A DNA stretch of 64,000 nucleotides from the IMG/VR virus record IMGVR_UViG_3300025168_000034, positions 32,001 to 96,000 of that record. One strand, given 5' to 3'. The position numbers and the translations under genes were made by a program. The notes under the pieces were generated by a model that was not told where the DNA came from, did no database searches, and saw only the letters and a list, made by a program, of their open reading frames with translations. Origin of the DNA: a virus. How positions within the stretch are numbered: the first letter of the stretch is position 1; each line of letters opens with the position of its first letter. This document shows positions 27,642 through 35,325 of this stretch, piece by piece.

Positions 27642-27670
27642 AATATACGGCTTTTATTGCAAAGATACAA
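27642..27670 (-). promoter_or_regulatory. Class-2 promoter TTGTAT-N17-TATATT heading the dpdL-kinase-folE-dpdA operon
   Basis: 6 nt upstream of the ATG at 27635. Confidence 0.72.
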
Positions 27671-27675
27671 CTTTA

Positions 27676-27879
27676 TTAGTCTTCAATTAATTCTGGTTCT
27701 TCTTCGCTCTCTAAACACTTATCTCTTGCTAGATCCCAATCGAAGTCAAACTCCCCCTCGTAATATGCTTCTAAAAAGCTTTCTTTATCTTTCTTGTAGT
27801 GAGCTAACTGTTCTTCAGTCAACTCCACCTCTTCCCATCTGTAGTCCGTATATGTGACTAGCTTTCGTAACTTTGCCAT
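27676..27879 (-). CDS. Small acidic hypothetical protein
   Basis: Start reassigned to MAKLRK at 27879, 1 nt after the dUTPase-like stop. Confidence 0.6.
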   Translation of the reverse strand: MAKLRKLVTYTDYRWEEVELTEEQLAHYKKDKESFLEAYYEGEFDFDWDLARDKCLESEEEPELIED

Positions 27880-27880
27880 A

Positions 27881-28363
27881 CTACTTTTTGTCTTTGTCTT
27901 TTTGCCATTGACCATCGTACAACTCTGCTTCTGCATTCTCCATCATAATGATCTGAGCTACTCTAGCACCTTTTTCTAAAACAATAGTTTCAGTAGCTAT
28001 AAGCATACCACCCATCTCATCTACCTCAAATCCTGGATCGTAAACTCCTGATGTGATAACACCTCCTGATCTTAGAACAGAGGACCTATGCCTAATAAAA
28101 GCTGTGTGTTTGTCATCCAACTTACATCCTTGTTCAAAGGTGAGTGAATAGGTACCTGGTTCTAGTTGATATAGAAACTTACCATCATCATTAATGAATG
28201 GTGTAACTTCATCGTAATCAAATACAGTGGTTTTATCTTTCATAACCATACCACCATTTACTTTATTTATTGACTTTAAGGTTAAGTCATAACCAACTTG
28301 CGCTTTCTTTCCTTTGTCTTTTGTATCAAGCAAGGAAGCGACTCCATCTGCATTTAGTAACAT
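27881..28363 (-). CDS. Trimeric dUTPase/dCTP-deaminase-fold protein
   Basis: GYDLTL, RSS, VYDPGF, GARVAQ, YDGQWQ; the TLE glutamate of dCTP deaminases is not evident. Confidence 0.8.
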   Translation of the reverse strand: MLLNADGVASLLDTKDKGKKAQVGYDLTLKSINKVNGGMVMKDKTTVFDYDEVTPFINDDGKFLYQLEPGTYSLTFEQGCKLDDKHTAFIRHRSSVLRSGGVITSGVYDPGFEVDEMGGMLIATETIVLEKGARVAQIIMMENAEAELYDGQWQKDKDKK

Positions 28364-28372
28364 ATTTGTATC

Positions 28373-28531
28373 TTATTTGTTTTGTGTATTAATACTTCTT
28401 TTTAAAACTGCAGCAATTAATAACATTGCTCCTCCTATTACCAACGCATGCATAAGAGTTGGTGATCCTTCATACTGACAACACTGCTCTCCGCATGCTC
28501 CCATAGTGTGTTTAATTAAATCTGTGTTCAT
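28373..28531 (-). CDS. Small Cys-containing membrane protein (52 aa)
   Basis: Hand translation MNTDLIKHTMGACGEQCCQYEGSPTLMHALVIGGAMLLIAAVLKRSINTQNK; lies behind a class-2 promoter. Confidence 0.55.
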   Translation of the reverse strand: MNTDLIKHTMGACGEQCCQYEGSPTLMHALVIGGAMLLIAAVLKRSINTQNK

Positions 28532-28553
28532 ATTATTTGGTTTTATTTGTATT

Positions 28554-28582
28554 AATATACGGTTTATTATTCTATTTTCCTA
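28554..28582 (-). promoter_or_regulatory. Class-2 promoter TAGGAA-N17-TATATT
   Basis: Matches the family consensus. Confidence 0.65.
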
Positions 28583-28706
28583 ATTCTTTTATCTTTTCTT
28601 TAAGCTCATCAATCATTGCTTGAACCTCATCAGGCTCCATTGTAATAGCACAGCATGTGCCAACGTGTTCTGATATCTCTTCTAGTAACTCTAAAGCTTC
28701 TTCCAT
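28572..28706 (-). CDS. Small hypothetical protein (44 aa)
   Basis: MEEALELLEEISEHVGTCCAITMEPDEVQAMIDELKEKIKELGK; TGATG overlap with the queE stop. Confidence 0.55.
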   Translation of the reverse strand: MEEALELLEEISEHVGTCCAITMEPDEVQAMIDELKEKIKELGK

Positions 28707-29563
28707 CACACTCCTCGTTCTGTATCGAATGCTATGATGTGATCTCTACCAGTCATATTGTATCCCTCTCTTTCGCACATTCTGAATACTTTGGGATACA
28801 TTTCGATTAGTGTTACTCTCGTATCTCCGGCTGGCATCATATATGTCTTGTCTTTTGGAATATTCATCTCAACTCTGAAAGCTTCGATCTCCTCTAAGTT
28901 TTTATCTGTACCGTCCCATACTGGTTTGAAGTGATAGTCTGTGTGATAGTCTAAAGTCTTACGCATTGCGTCGTAATTCATTCTCAACTTGTTGTGTTGT
29001 TTTATCATACGCTCATCCGTTTCTTTACCAGATGGCGTCTTAGCGCCCAAAACGGGAACACTATTACTAAACTTAGGGCTAAGACTAATAAGCCCAATAG
29101 GATGATCAGTTGGTAAAAAGTGACTACCTTCAGTTTCAATAGTGATAAGAATACCTCTTTCATTTGCAAAGTGTGTTAATTCGTTTACTAGAGCTGGATG
29201 CATTGTTGGTGATCCTCCAGTTAACATCATTTCTTTTACGTGAGGATTGTCGTCATAAATTTTAATAATGTCGTTGAAGTTGAATGTACCTTTCTCTGGA
29301 TGAATACTTGTGTACCAAGAATCACACCATCCACCCTCACCAAAGTAACATCTGTGAGTACATCCAGTTGTTCTTACTGCAATAGTAGGTCTTCCGAATC
29401 TACTACCTTCAGACTGAACACATCTGTAAACTTCCACTATAGGTAGTACTTTATCGTAATTCTCAATACGTTTTAGTTGCTTTTCTTTTGTTGCTTGATA
29501 AGGTTTGTTCCTATCAAAATCGTAGTAATGCTTTGAGTGTTTTCTTGTGTCTTGCATGCTCAT
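28706..29563 (-). CDS. queE: 7-carboxy-7-deazaguanine synthase (radical SAM)
   Basis: EVY..VQSEG...GRPTIAVRT.GCTHRC...WCDSWY, LTGGSP, IETEG, SLSPK, R.HI..F...RGV. Confidence 0.9.
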   Translation of the reverse strand: MSMQDTRKHSKHYYDFDRNKPYQATKEKQLKRIENYDKVLPIVEVYRCVQSEGSRFGRPTIAVRTTGCTHRCYFGEGGWCDSWYTSIHPEKGTFNFNDIIKIYDDNPHVKEMMLTGGSPTMHPALVNELTHFANERGILITIETEGSHFLPTDHPIGLISLSPKFSNSVPVLGAKTPSGKETDERMIKQHNKLRMNYDAMRKTLDYHTDYHFKPVWDGTDKNLEEIEAFRVEMNIPKDKTYMMPAGDTRVTLIEMYPKVFRMCEREGYNMTGRDHIIAFDTERGV

Positions 29564-29566
29564 AAA

Positions 29567-29812
29567 TTAAAATGGTAAGTCATCAACCTTTGGTTCTGGT
29601 CTCTTTGGTGTATCTGGCTTTGGTGCAGGAGGGTTAAAATAGCTGTCTAAGAATTGTTTTGGATACATTAGTATCTTTCCTTCGTATGTAGGATTCTGTA
29701 TTTCTTTGCTTTCAATGCGTACACCTTGCTTAAACGCTTCTTCTGCAACTTTCTTACCTAGCTCTGCTCCTGCAGCTCTGTTTAAGTAATCGTATAATGA
29801 TAACATCTCCAT
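29567..29812 (-). CDS. Hypothetical protein
   Basis: SLYDYL..AAG.ELG..V...Y.GKI.MYP; acidic DDLPF tail. Confidence 0.7.
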   Translation of the reverse strand: MEMLSLYDYLNRAAGAELGKKVAEEAFKQGVRIESKEIQNPTYEGKILMYPKQFLDSYFNPPAPKPDTPKRPEPKVDDLPF

Positions 29813-29878
29813 AACTAATCTTTTATGTATTCGTATACAAAATCTATATCACCAAACGTGGTTGTGTATGTCCAATAA

Positions 29879-30346
29879 CTATCCTTCATAGATTGCTGTA
29901 TTTTTCTTGTTCTCAAAAAATTCCACTCTTGCGATACTCACTCTGCCTTCTGTCTCTTCTTGTACAAACGCGTTTAGCTTTTTGTATATAAACTCAGCAA
30001 ATCTCTCAGCGCCTACTGGACCATCCATTTCTCTTAATTGGATGATACCCTCATCATCTGCTTCTTGAAAATGAGTTAAGTATGGATCATCTTTTGCAAT
30101 TACAACTGTATGATCAAACATATAATCCATCCACTCTTTAGGAGACATTCCATCAATCTTAGTATTGGATCTTTTCATTCCTCCAAAGTCCCATACCCAA
30201 TTACGATGATCAAGATCACCCTCGAAGGTTACTTTAAACTCTATTGCATATCCATGTAAGAATCTGCAGTGTGTTGTTGTTGCTTGGTATTGACGAAATA
30301 CTGTACTGAATCCGTCAAAGATTTTTGTTGATTGAAATTTAGGCAT
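29879..30346 (-). CDS. queD: 6-carboxy-5,6,7,8-tetrahydropterin synthase
   Basis: CRFLHGY, WVWDFG, FDH, GAERFAEFIY, E..KNTA.Y. Confidence 0.9.
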   Translation of the reverse strand: MPKFQSTKIFDGFSTVFRQYQATTTHCRFLHGYAIEFKVTFEGDLDHRNWVWDFGGMKRSNTKIDGMSPKEWMDYMFDHTVVIAKDDPYLTHFQEADDEGIIQLREMDGPVGAERFAEFIYKKLNAFVQEETEGRVSIARVEFFENKKNTAIYEG

Positions 30347-30794
30347 ATTGTTCTTTTGTTTGTTTACTTATACTACTATACAAAGAATAAAACGATTTTG
30401 CACCTTTTGTGTCCTGATCAAACGCTTCGGATAAACACTTATCCCAAACATCTATCTCAAAGTAATCTATTAATGCTAACTTGAAATCGAGCAAAATGTT
30501 TCCTTCTTCCCAGTTATAATCCTCCATCAGCTTATTATATCGCTTTCGATACCTACGCTCGATGTCTAGGTATCTGTGATCTTGTTCTGGGTTTGTGCCT
30601 TTGTAGGATTCTACAAATGCTTTGAGCTCTCTGTCTCTTGTTTTAAACTCTTCCTCAGCTTGACGTTTGTAGTCAGACTCATCAAAGTCACCATGCTCGA
30701 TCTGTTGTAAGATGAACGGTTTGAGTTTGTGAGCGTGTTTAGGATTTAGCTTCTTCTTTTTTGGATAACGTCTCCACCAATAAAATCTACTCAT
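30339..30794 (-). CDS. Hypothetical protein
   Basis: Overlap-coupled ORF upstream of queD. Confidence 0.65.
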   Translation of the reverse strand: MSRFYWWRRYPKKKKLNPKHAHKLKPFILQQIEHGDFDESDYKRQAEEEFKTRDRELKAFVESYKGTNPEQDHRYLDIERRYRKRYNKLMEDYNWEEGNILLDFKLALIDYFEIDVWDKCLSEAFDQDTKGAKSFYSLYSSISKQTKEQYA

Positions 30795-30978
30795 ATTCTT
30801 CTATTATTTCAGCGTCTTGTATATGTTCACAGAAGTATAGTTTTCCCTCCTTGCGCAATACTAGATTGCACAGCAAATGTTCTTTCATTTCTACTGATGG
30901 AAAGTCGGGGTGATCAGTGAACTTTCGCTTCACTATATATAGTTCCCCTTTATAGTTTATAACCTCTTTATTAAACAT
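30787..30978 (-). CDS. Hypothetical protein
   Basis: First gene after the class-2 promoter at 30984-31012. Confidence 0.65.
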   Translation of the reverse strand: MFNKEVINYKGELYIVKRKFTDHPDFPSVEMKEHLLCNLVLRKEGKLYFCEHIQDAEIIEEYE

Positions 30979-30983
30979 ACCTA

Positions 30984-31012
30984 AATATACGGAATATTTA
31001 TTAGTAATCCAA
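30984..31012 (-). promoter_or_regulatory. Class-2 promoter TTGGAT-N17-TATATT
   Basis: Heads the queD-queE transcript; 5 nt upstream of the ATG. Confidence 0.7.
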
Positions 31013-31016
31013 CTTA

Positions 31017-32381
31017 TTATTCTTCTTTAGATACCTCAGACTCCTTTTGTGGTGCCGCTTTGTATTCTATACGTGGTAACAAGTTACTCGAAAGATTAAA
31101 TACTTCAAAGCCACACTCCTGACTCCACAGATAATCAACTATATCGTTTATGCTTCCTTTTGCGTATATATAATCTCCATTGCTTGGTGCATCTTTTTTT
31201 CCAGCGTCACACGCTATAAAGCCTACAAATTTACTCTTTAAGCCATTGTAGTACTTGATTAAGTTTCCAAGACCCCAATACCTATTAACTTCTAACGGAT
31301 CTTTCCAGTTACATGTTATGTTTGATGGTGGTATCAAATTTGTAGCTTTCATCATGTCAACAACCAAAGCTTCAACCTCAGCTTCATTTCCATCTTCAGC
31401 AGCTTTAGCCAATGCAAAGGGAGCTGTTAATGATTTATCATTGTACATTATTCTAGTACCCTCCTCCAACGCATCTTCTTGCACTTTTCCACCGCTAACA
31501 GTAATGCCAATTTCGTTCAATCTTTTAATAAAATCCTGATTCGTAATGAGATTGACTCCTCCTGATGCTCCCAGCCTTGCACTCCATCCTTTAACTTCGA
31601 GTTCTCCAACTTTGTCAAGCTCTAAATCACCAGCTCCTTTTGGCTTTCTTATGTTTTGATACAATAAAGCCATCATAATCTCAGCCATTCCAACCCCTTT
31701 TACGCCCTCATCTTGTCCAGTATATTTAGACAATATATCGACCAACTCGTCAGTCATTCCAGTTTCCGCAAGGTCTTTTTTGAAGTTACCATAGTGGGAC
31801 TCTGGATTAAAATATTCTTGTTCACCCTTTCCTTTCTTATCTAAATAAGAAATAAATTTACTATACACGGAAGATGGTAGAGCTTTTAACATTTCTTGGA
31901 TTTCTAAGGATATCTTTTTTGGCATGTTGTAAACTACATTACCTTTCTTATCTATTTTCTCTTTAAATCCAGTTAGTTTAAATGTCTTTTTGAGTGGATC
32001 ATATAGAGTAAATGCTTGAAGGTCTTGATGTAATCTATACAACTTTCCTTTAATATCATCTTCTATTTCTGGATCAAGAGAACCATCGTCCAACTGAACA
32101 CTAAGTGCTTTAACTGCTTTTAATCTGTCCTTGAAAACTTTTTCAACATCAGCAGCGGTTATTGAGTCTTTGTCTACTTCATTAATCACACTATGCTTAA
32201 TCACATCCGATACTGGAGTCTTGCTTTTTACAAAGCTAGGCATCTCATTGATACCATTCTCTTTAAGTATCTCATGTAACACTTTTAATTCACTTGGTTC
32301 AGTAAACTTGCCATCCTCCATTGTAGGATAACCTTTCTTGAGTCTATATGACCACTCTAGTAGTATGTCATTTATTTCCAT
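31017..32381 (-). CDS. Putative internal head protein with a PD-(D/E)xK nuclease-like core
   Basis: N-terminal ILLEWSYR..KGYP leader with LxE/IxE sites; core GMAEIMMALL...GAGDLELDKVGELEVKG. Confidence 0.5.
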   Translation of the reverse strand: MEINDILLEWSYRLKKGYPTMEDGKFTEPSELKVLHEILKENGINEMPSFVKSKTPVSDVIKHSVINEVDKDSITAADVEKVFKDRLKAVKALSVQLDDGSLDPEIEDDIKGKLYRLHQDLQAFTLYDPLKKTFKLTGFKEKIDKKGNVVYNMPKKISLEIQEMLKALPSSVYSKFISYLDKKGKGEQEYFNPESHYGNFKKDLAETGMTDELVDILSKYTGQDEGVKGVGMAEIMMALLYQNIRKPKGAGDLELDKVGELEVKGWSARLGASGGVNLITNQDFIKRLNEIGITVSGGKVQEDALEEGTRIMYNDKSLTAPFALAKAAEDGNEAEVEALVVDMMKATNLIPPSNITCNWKDPLEVNRYWGLGNLIKYYNGLKSKFVGFIACDAGKKDAPSNGDYIYAKGSINDIVDYLWSQECGFEVFNLSSNLLPRIEYKAAPQKESEVSKEE

Positions 32382-32385
32382 AACT
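32343..32385. repeat. Direct repeat B, copy 2 (start of the 454-aa gene)
   Basis: 41/43 nt identical to 33550-33592. Confidence 0.9.
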
Positions 32386-33529
32386 GTTTTTTAACTTTCG
32401 TTAGTTGTTCAAAGATTGATTCGTTAAGACTATTTTTATACTCTGAGAAAAACTCTCCTAGATCGTCTGAATATTTTTTGTTGTTTATGATGTTAGAAAC
32501 TATGTCATCCATGTCTAGGTCCATCGGATCTAAATTCATACCATCACCATAGTCTGCAATAAGATCTTCTCGAGTAGCTCCTCCCATCTCTAAGGTGTCA
32601 ACTAACCATTTTTCAAACTCTCCTTTTAAGGTTGCATCCTTTTTAAGCTCCTTTGCTGCTTGTTTTCCATCTATGCTTACTGATTTTTGTTTACCTTTTG
32701 GTGGAGTTTTGGCTAGGTGTTTAGCAAAATCATCACTCATAGCTAACTCTACCCACGCATCAAAAACCGCTTCATACGCTTTTAATAGCTCTGCTGCTGC
32801 TTGGTCACCCTTTGCATCCATTAACTTTTTGAAGTCTGATACCCAACTCGTCTCATCGTCAAGCTTCCATGTTGAAGCCTCTGAACCTCCTTGTGAGTTT
32901 ATTACATAAAGACATAAGAGATTGTAGTCGTCAATTCCGTACTTGGCACTTTTCACATCTCCCTTGAGTGTTTCGACAGTCCATTCTAAGTCACGATTTA
33001 ACTTCCTGTGGGACGGAACTTTTTTATTATAAACTTCTGATGATGCATCGGCATAGTTGTACCAAGGTTGCTTAAAAGGATCCATCATGCCGGCACTTGT
33101 TCCTATCTCAGAGCGATTATCAAGACCCTTCAAACCTGGACTACTGAAAGCTTGTGCTAATTGTTCTGCTGTTTTCCGGCCATACTGCTGAGAATTATAT
33201 CGGCTCACCCAAGCATAAATAGCAGACCCTCCAGGAGGAGTGTACATAAAAAACGTATTATATGCTATGGCGTTTGCAAACTCATCCTTACTCACTGCCA
33301 ACTCTCCAGAGATTTTAGAATTAGAAAGCTGGGATGCGGCTGCTTGCTTGAATGTCGATTCGTTCTTCTCAGCGTACTTTTTTATTATCTTTCTCAGATT
33401 GTCATTATCATAGTCATAAGGTTCGCCCAACTCTTCCATCCTCTCTACATAAGCTGAGTAATCAGTTGCTTCATTAAGCGGACTACGAAGTCCTGCGACT
33501 TCCATTAATCGTTTTCTATTCAGTTTCAT
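32372..33529 (-). CDS. Putative internal head protein, leader MKLNRKRLMEVAGL...PLNE
   Basis: Leader shared with 33591..34187; body unrelated to it by eye. Confidence 0.6.
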   Translation of the reverse strand: MKLNRKRLMEVAGLRSPLNEATDYSAYVERMEELGEPYDYDNDNLRKIIKKYAEKNESTFKQAAASQLSNSKISGELAVSKDEFANAIAYNTFFMYTPPGGSAIYAWVSRYNSQQYGRKTAEQLAQAFSSPGLKGLDNRSEIGTSAGMMDPFKQPWYNYADASSEVYNKKVPSHRKLNRDLEWTVETLKGDVKSAKYGIDDYNLLCLYVINSQGGSEASTWKLDDETSWVSDFKKLMDAKGDQAAAELLKAYEAVFDAWVELAMSDDFAKHLAKTPPKGKQKSVSIDGKQAAKELKKDATLKGEFEKWLVDTLEMGGATREDLIADYGDGMNLDPMDLDMDDIVSNIINNKKYSDDLGEFFSEYKNSLNESIFEQLTKVKKQLWK

Positions 33530-33543
33530 TTTTTTCTATTTGT
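33491..33543. repeat. Direct repeat A, copy 2 (upstream context plus leader codons)
   Basis: 47/53 nt identical to 34149-34201. Confidence 0.9.
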
Positions 33544-33588
33544 CTTGATTCTATATGACCACTCTAGTAATATGTCATTTATCTCCAT
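33526..33588 (-). pseudogene. 20-aa remnant of the 454-aa gene start (MEINDILLEWSYR-IKTNRKK)
   Basis: Repeat B copy 1 fused to repeat A copy 2; its stop overlaps the next ATG (ATGA); late motif at 33599-33606. Confidence 0.7.
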
Positions 33589-33592
33589 AACT
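33550..33592. repeat. Direct repeat B, copy 1
   Basis: 41/43 nt identical to 32343-32385. Confidence 0.9.
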
Positions 33593-34187
33593 ATCTTTTA
33601 TAAATACCTTTTCTGTGTTGGAAGTTTTTACCTTTTTGTTTCCATGTAGAATACGTATGCGCATCCTTATCTCCCATATTAATTGCATACCTTCTCCACT
33701 CATTCTCCTCGGATGTCTCGCCCTCTTGGTCTTTTCGTCCTCGTGTGAGAGGTGCATCCCTTCGATACTGAGCATTGAAAGGCGCTTCTGGTGGTCGATC
33801 ATATGTTTTCATGTACTCTGGGTGATTAGGATCTACACTTATATAGGCTTTACCGGGTGGTAAACCTGCTTGCTTAACTTCTACTGCTTTAGTAGCTTTT
33901 TTTATATTCAACGATGGGTCTTTAATTTTTAGATAAGCAATCAATTGATTAAACCACTGGTTCTCCTCCTCATCATTAGATGCCCAATCTTTAGCTTCTA
34001 AGCTCGCTATAACGTCAGCTGGTTGAGCTGATCCGTCTTCCATTGCTTTATCTGCTGCTTTTTCGTTAAACGCATCTGGATCAATGTCTAGTAGGTTCTC
34101 AATCACACCGTACCCTGCGTCTTTGTTTGCTGCTTCAGTTACTGGCAATCCTGCCATCTCCATTAATCTTTTTCTAGTTAGTTTCAT
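33591..34187 (-). CDS. Putative internal head protein, leader MKLTRKRLMEMAGLPVTE
   Basis: Leader shared with 32372..33529. Confidence 0.6.
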   Translation of the reverse strand: MKLTRKRLMEMAGLPVTEAANKDAGYGVIENLLDIDPDAFNEKAADKAMEDGSAQPADVIASLEAKDWASNDEEENQWFNQLIAYLKIKDPSLNIKKATKAVEVKQAGLPPGKAYISVDPNHPEYMKTYDRPPEAPFNAQYRRDAPLTRGRKDQEGETSEENEWRRYAINMGDKDAHTYSTWKQKGKNFQHRKGIYKR

Positions 34188-34201
34188 TTTTTTCTATTTG
34201 T
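34149..34201. repeat. Direct repeat A, copy 1
   Basis: 47/53 nt identical to 33491-33543. Confidence 0.9.
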
Positions 34202-34497
34202 GATGACTTAGGTGGCATCTTCTTTGGAGCTGGCTTTGATTTTGCAGCTTCTTTTTTATTTTTGATCGTTTCCCAATCTGGAGTGTCATGTACTTCTTTA
34301 AACATTACCTTTTTAGGTGGAAACAATGCATTGTATGTTTCGTCGTTTACTTCAGCAGTTTGGTGTAATCCATTCTGCTTTTGAAATTCCAACACCTTTC
34401 TTTGTGTTGCTGTATCCCATACTCCGGTGATCATTGCACCGACTCTTTCTTGTATTTGTCTTACGACAGCTCCTGATGATCCTCTTCTTATTAACAT
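34174..34497 (-). CDS. Peptidoglycan-binding (PG_binding_1) domain protein with a Lys/Pro-rich tail
   Basis: LIRRGSSGAVVRQIQE..G...TGVWD..T...V.EFQK.NGL; start reassigned to 34497. Confidence 0.75.
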   Translation of the reverse strand: MLIRRGSSGAVVRQIQERVGAMITGVWDTATQRKVLEFQKQNGLHQTAEVNDETYNALFPPKKVMFKEVHDTPDWETIKNKKEAAKSKPAPKKMPPKSSQIEKNETN

Positions 34498-34498
34498 A

Positions 34499-35275
34499 TT
34501 AGTAACTATTAAGTTGTTTATAGCCAAGTATTCTAGTTGGCTTCATTATTATTTCATTCCATAATTGTGTTGCATCACCACTACAATCTTCTAGTGAGGT
34601 GCACAAATTGTCTTGCTCCCCTGGATACGCTAATCGTTCCATGCTTGCTGCTTTGTTGTTGTTGTCAGTTACGACACTCTTTACATCACTTCTAAATGCT
34701 GCAACTAGATCTCCTTCTAACTTCAATACCACATTGCTTGCTTTCTTGAAGAATGGCTTCCACTGCTTGGTAAAAGTACTCACATCATACGAATCACCTT
34801 CTTCAATACGTTGCTGAAGTCTTTGCATATTCTCTAATGTGGTAAATCTTTTTGTCACAACTTTATGTGTAGTAGATCCATATAGCGATTGTGTAAACTC
34901 TTCGTCTAACAGCACAAATGGCTCTATATCAAATCGCGAATAAAAGTACGCAATTTTAATCTGGTCAATGTTTGGAAAGTAAGGAGAAAACTCTTTTCGT
35001 AATCCCCACACCTTATGGTTTACAAAGTCTTCAATAAAGTCAAGAACATTTTTACGAGTCACTTGTGGTGCAAATCTCTTAACCTCTATGTTAAGCTGAA
35101 AGCTAAACCACTTCGATACGAGCATTGCAAGTCTTGGATCACTCTTAATCTGACCACCTCTTGTGTCTTGTCCTTTTTGTTGTAAGGCCAAAAACTCACG
35201 AGCAATATCTTCCCATTGCTGTATTGTTGCAAAGCAACTTTCGGGGTGCATATGTCCTTGTAATTGTAAAGCCAT
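34499..35275 (-). CDS. Hypothetical late protein
   Basis: 258-aa ORF; TATTTATA at 35280-35287. Confidence 0.7.
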   Translation of the reverse strand: MALQLQGHMHPESCFATIQQWEDIAREFLALQQKGQDTRGGQIKSDPRLAMLVSKWFSFQLNIEVKRFAPQVTRKNVLDFIEDFVNHKVWGLRKEFSPYFPNIDQIKIAYFYSRFDIEPFVLLDEEFTQSLYGSTTHKVVTKRFTTLENMQRLQQRIEEGDSYDVSTFTKQWKPFFKKASNVVLKLEGDLVAAFRSDVKSVVTDNNNKAASMERLAYPGEQDNLCTSLEDCSGDATQLWNEIIMKPTRILGYKQLNSY

Positions 35276-35300
35276 TTAATATAAATAGTTCTCAGATAAT

Positions 35301-35325
35301 AAAAAGCAGGCCTAAATGGCCTGCT
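35301..35325 (-). terminator. Rho-independent terminator
   Basis: Minus strand AGCAGGCC-ATTTA-GGCCTGCT-TTTT. Confidence 0.85.

Noticed and set aside
29815-29889. 24-aa ORF MKDSYWTYTTTFGDIDFVYEYIKD overlapping the queD end
   Set aside because: It fills the gap neatly but is too short to support without conservation or ribosome data.
25362-30346. Queuosine tRNA-modification (auxiliary metabolic) pathway
   Set aside because: No queC, queF or queA in the window, the TGT-fold protein lacks the zinc-binding tRNA-TGT features, and the DpdL-like gene points to DNA modification.
33575-33802. Alternative-frame minus-strand ORFs (33575..33802; also 3827..4063, 39319..39558, 45955..46176, 52632..52859)
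   Set aside because: They are nested in other frames of longer genes and have no start context or motifs.
32343-34201. Direct repeats as transposon ends or attachment sites
   Set aside because: There is no transposase or integrase, and the repeats coincide with gene starts, which fits duplication or recombination.
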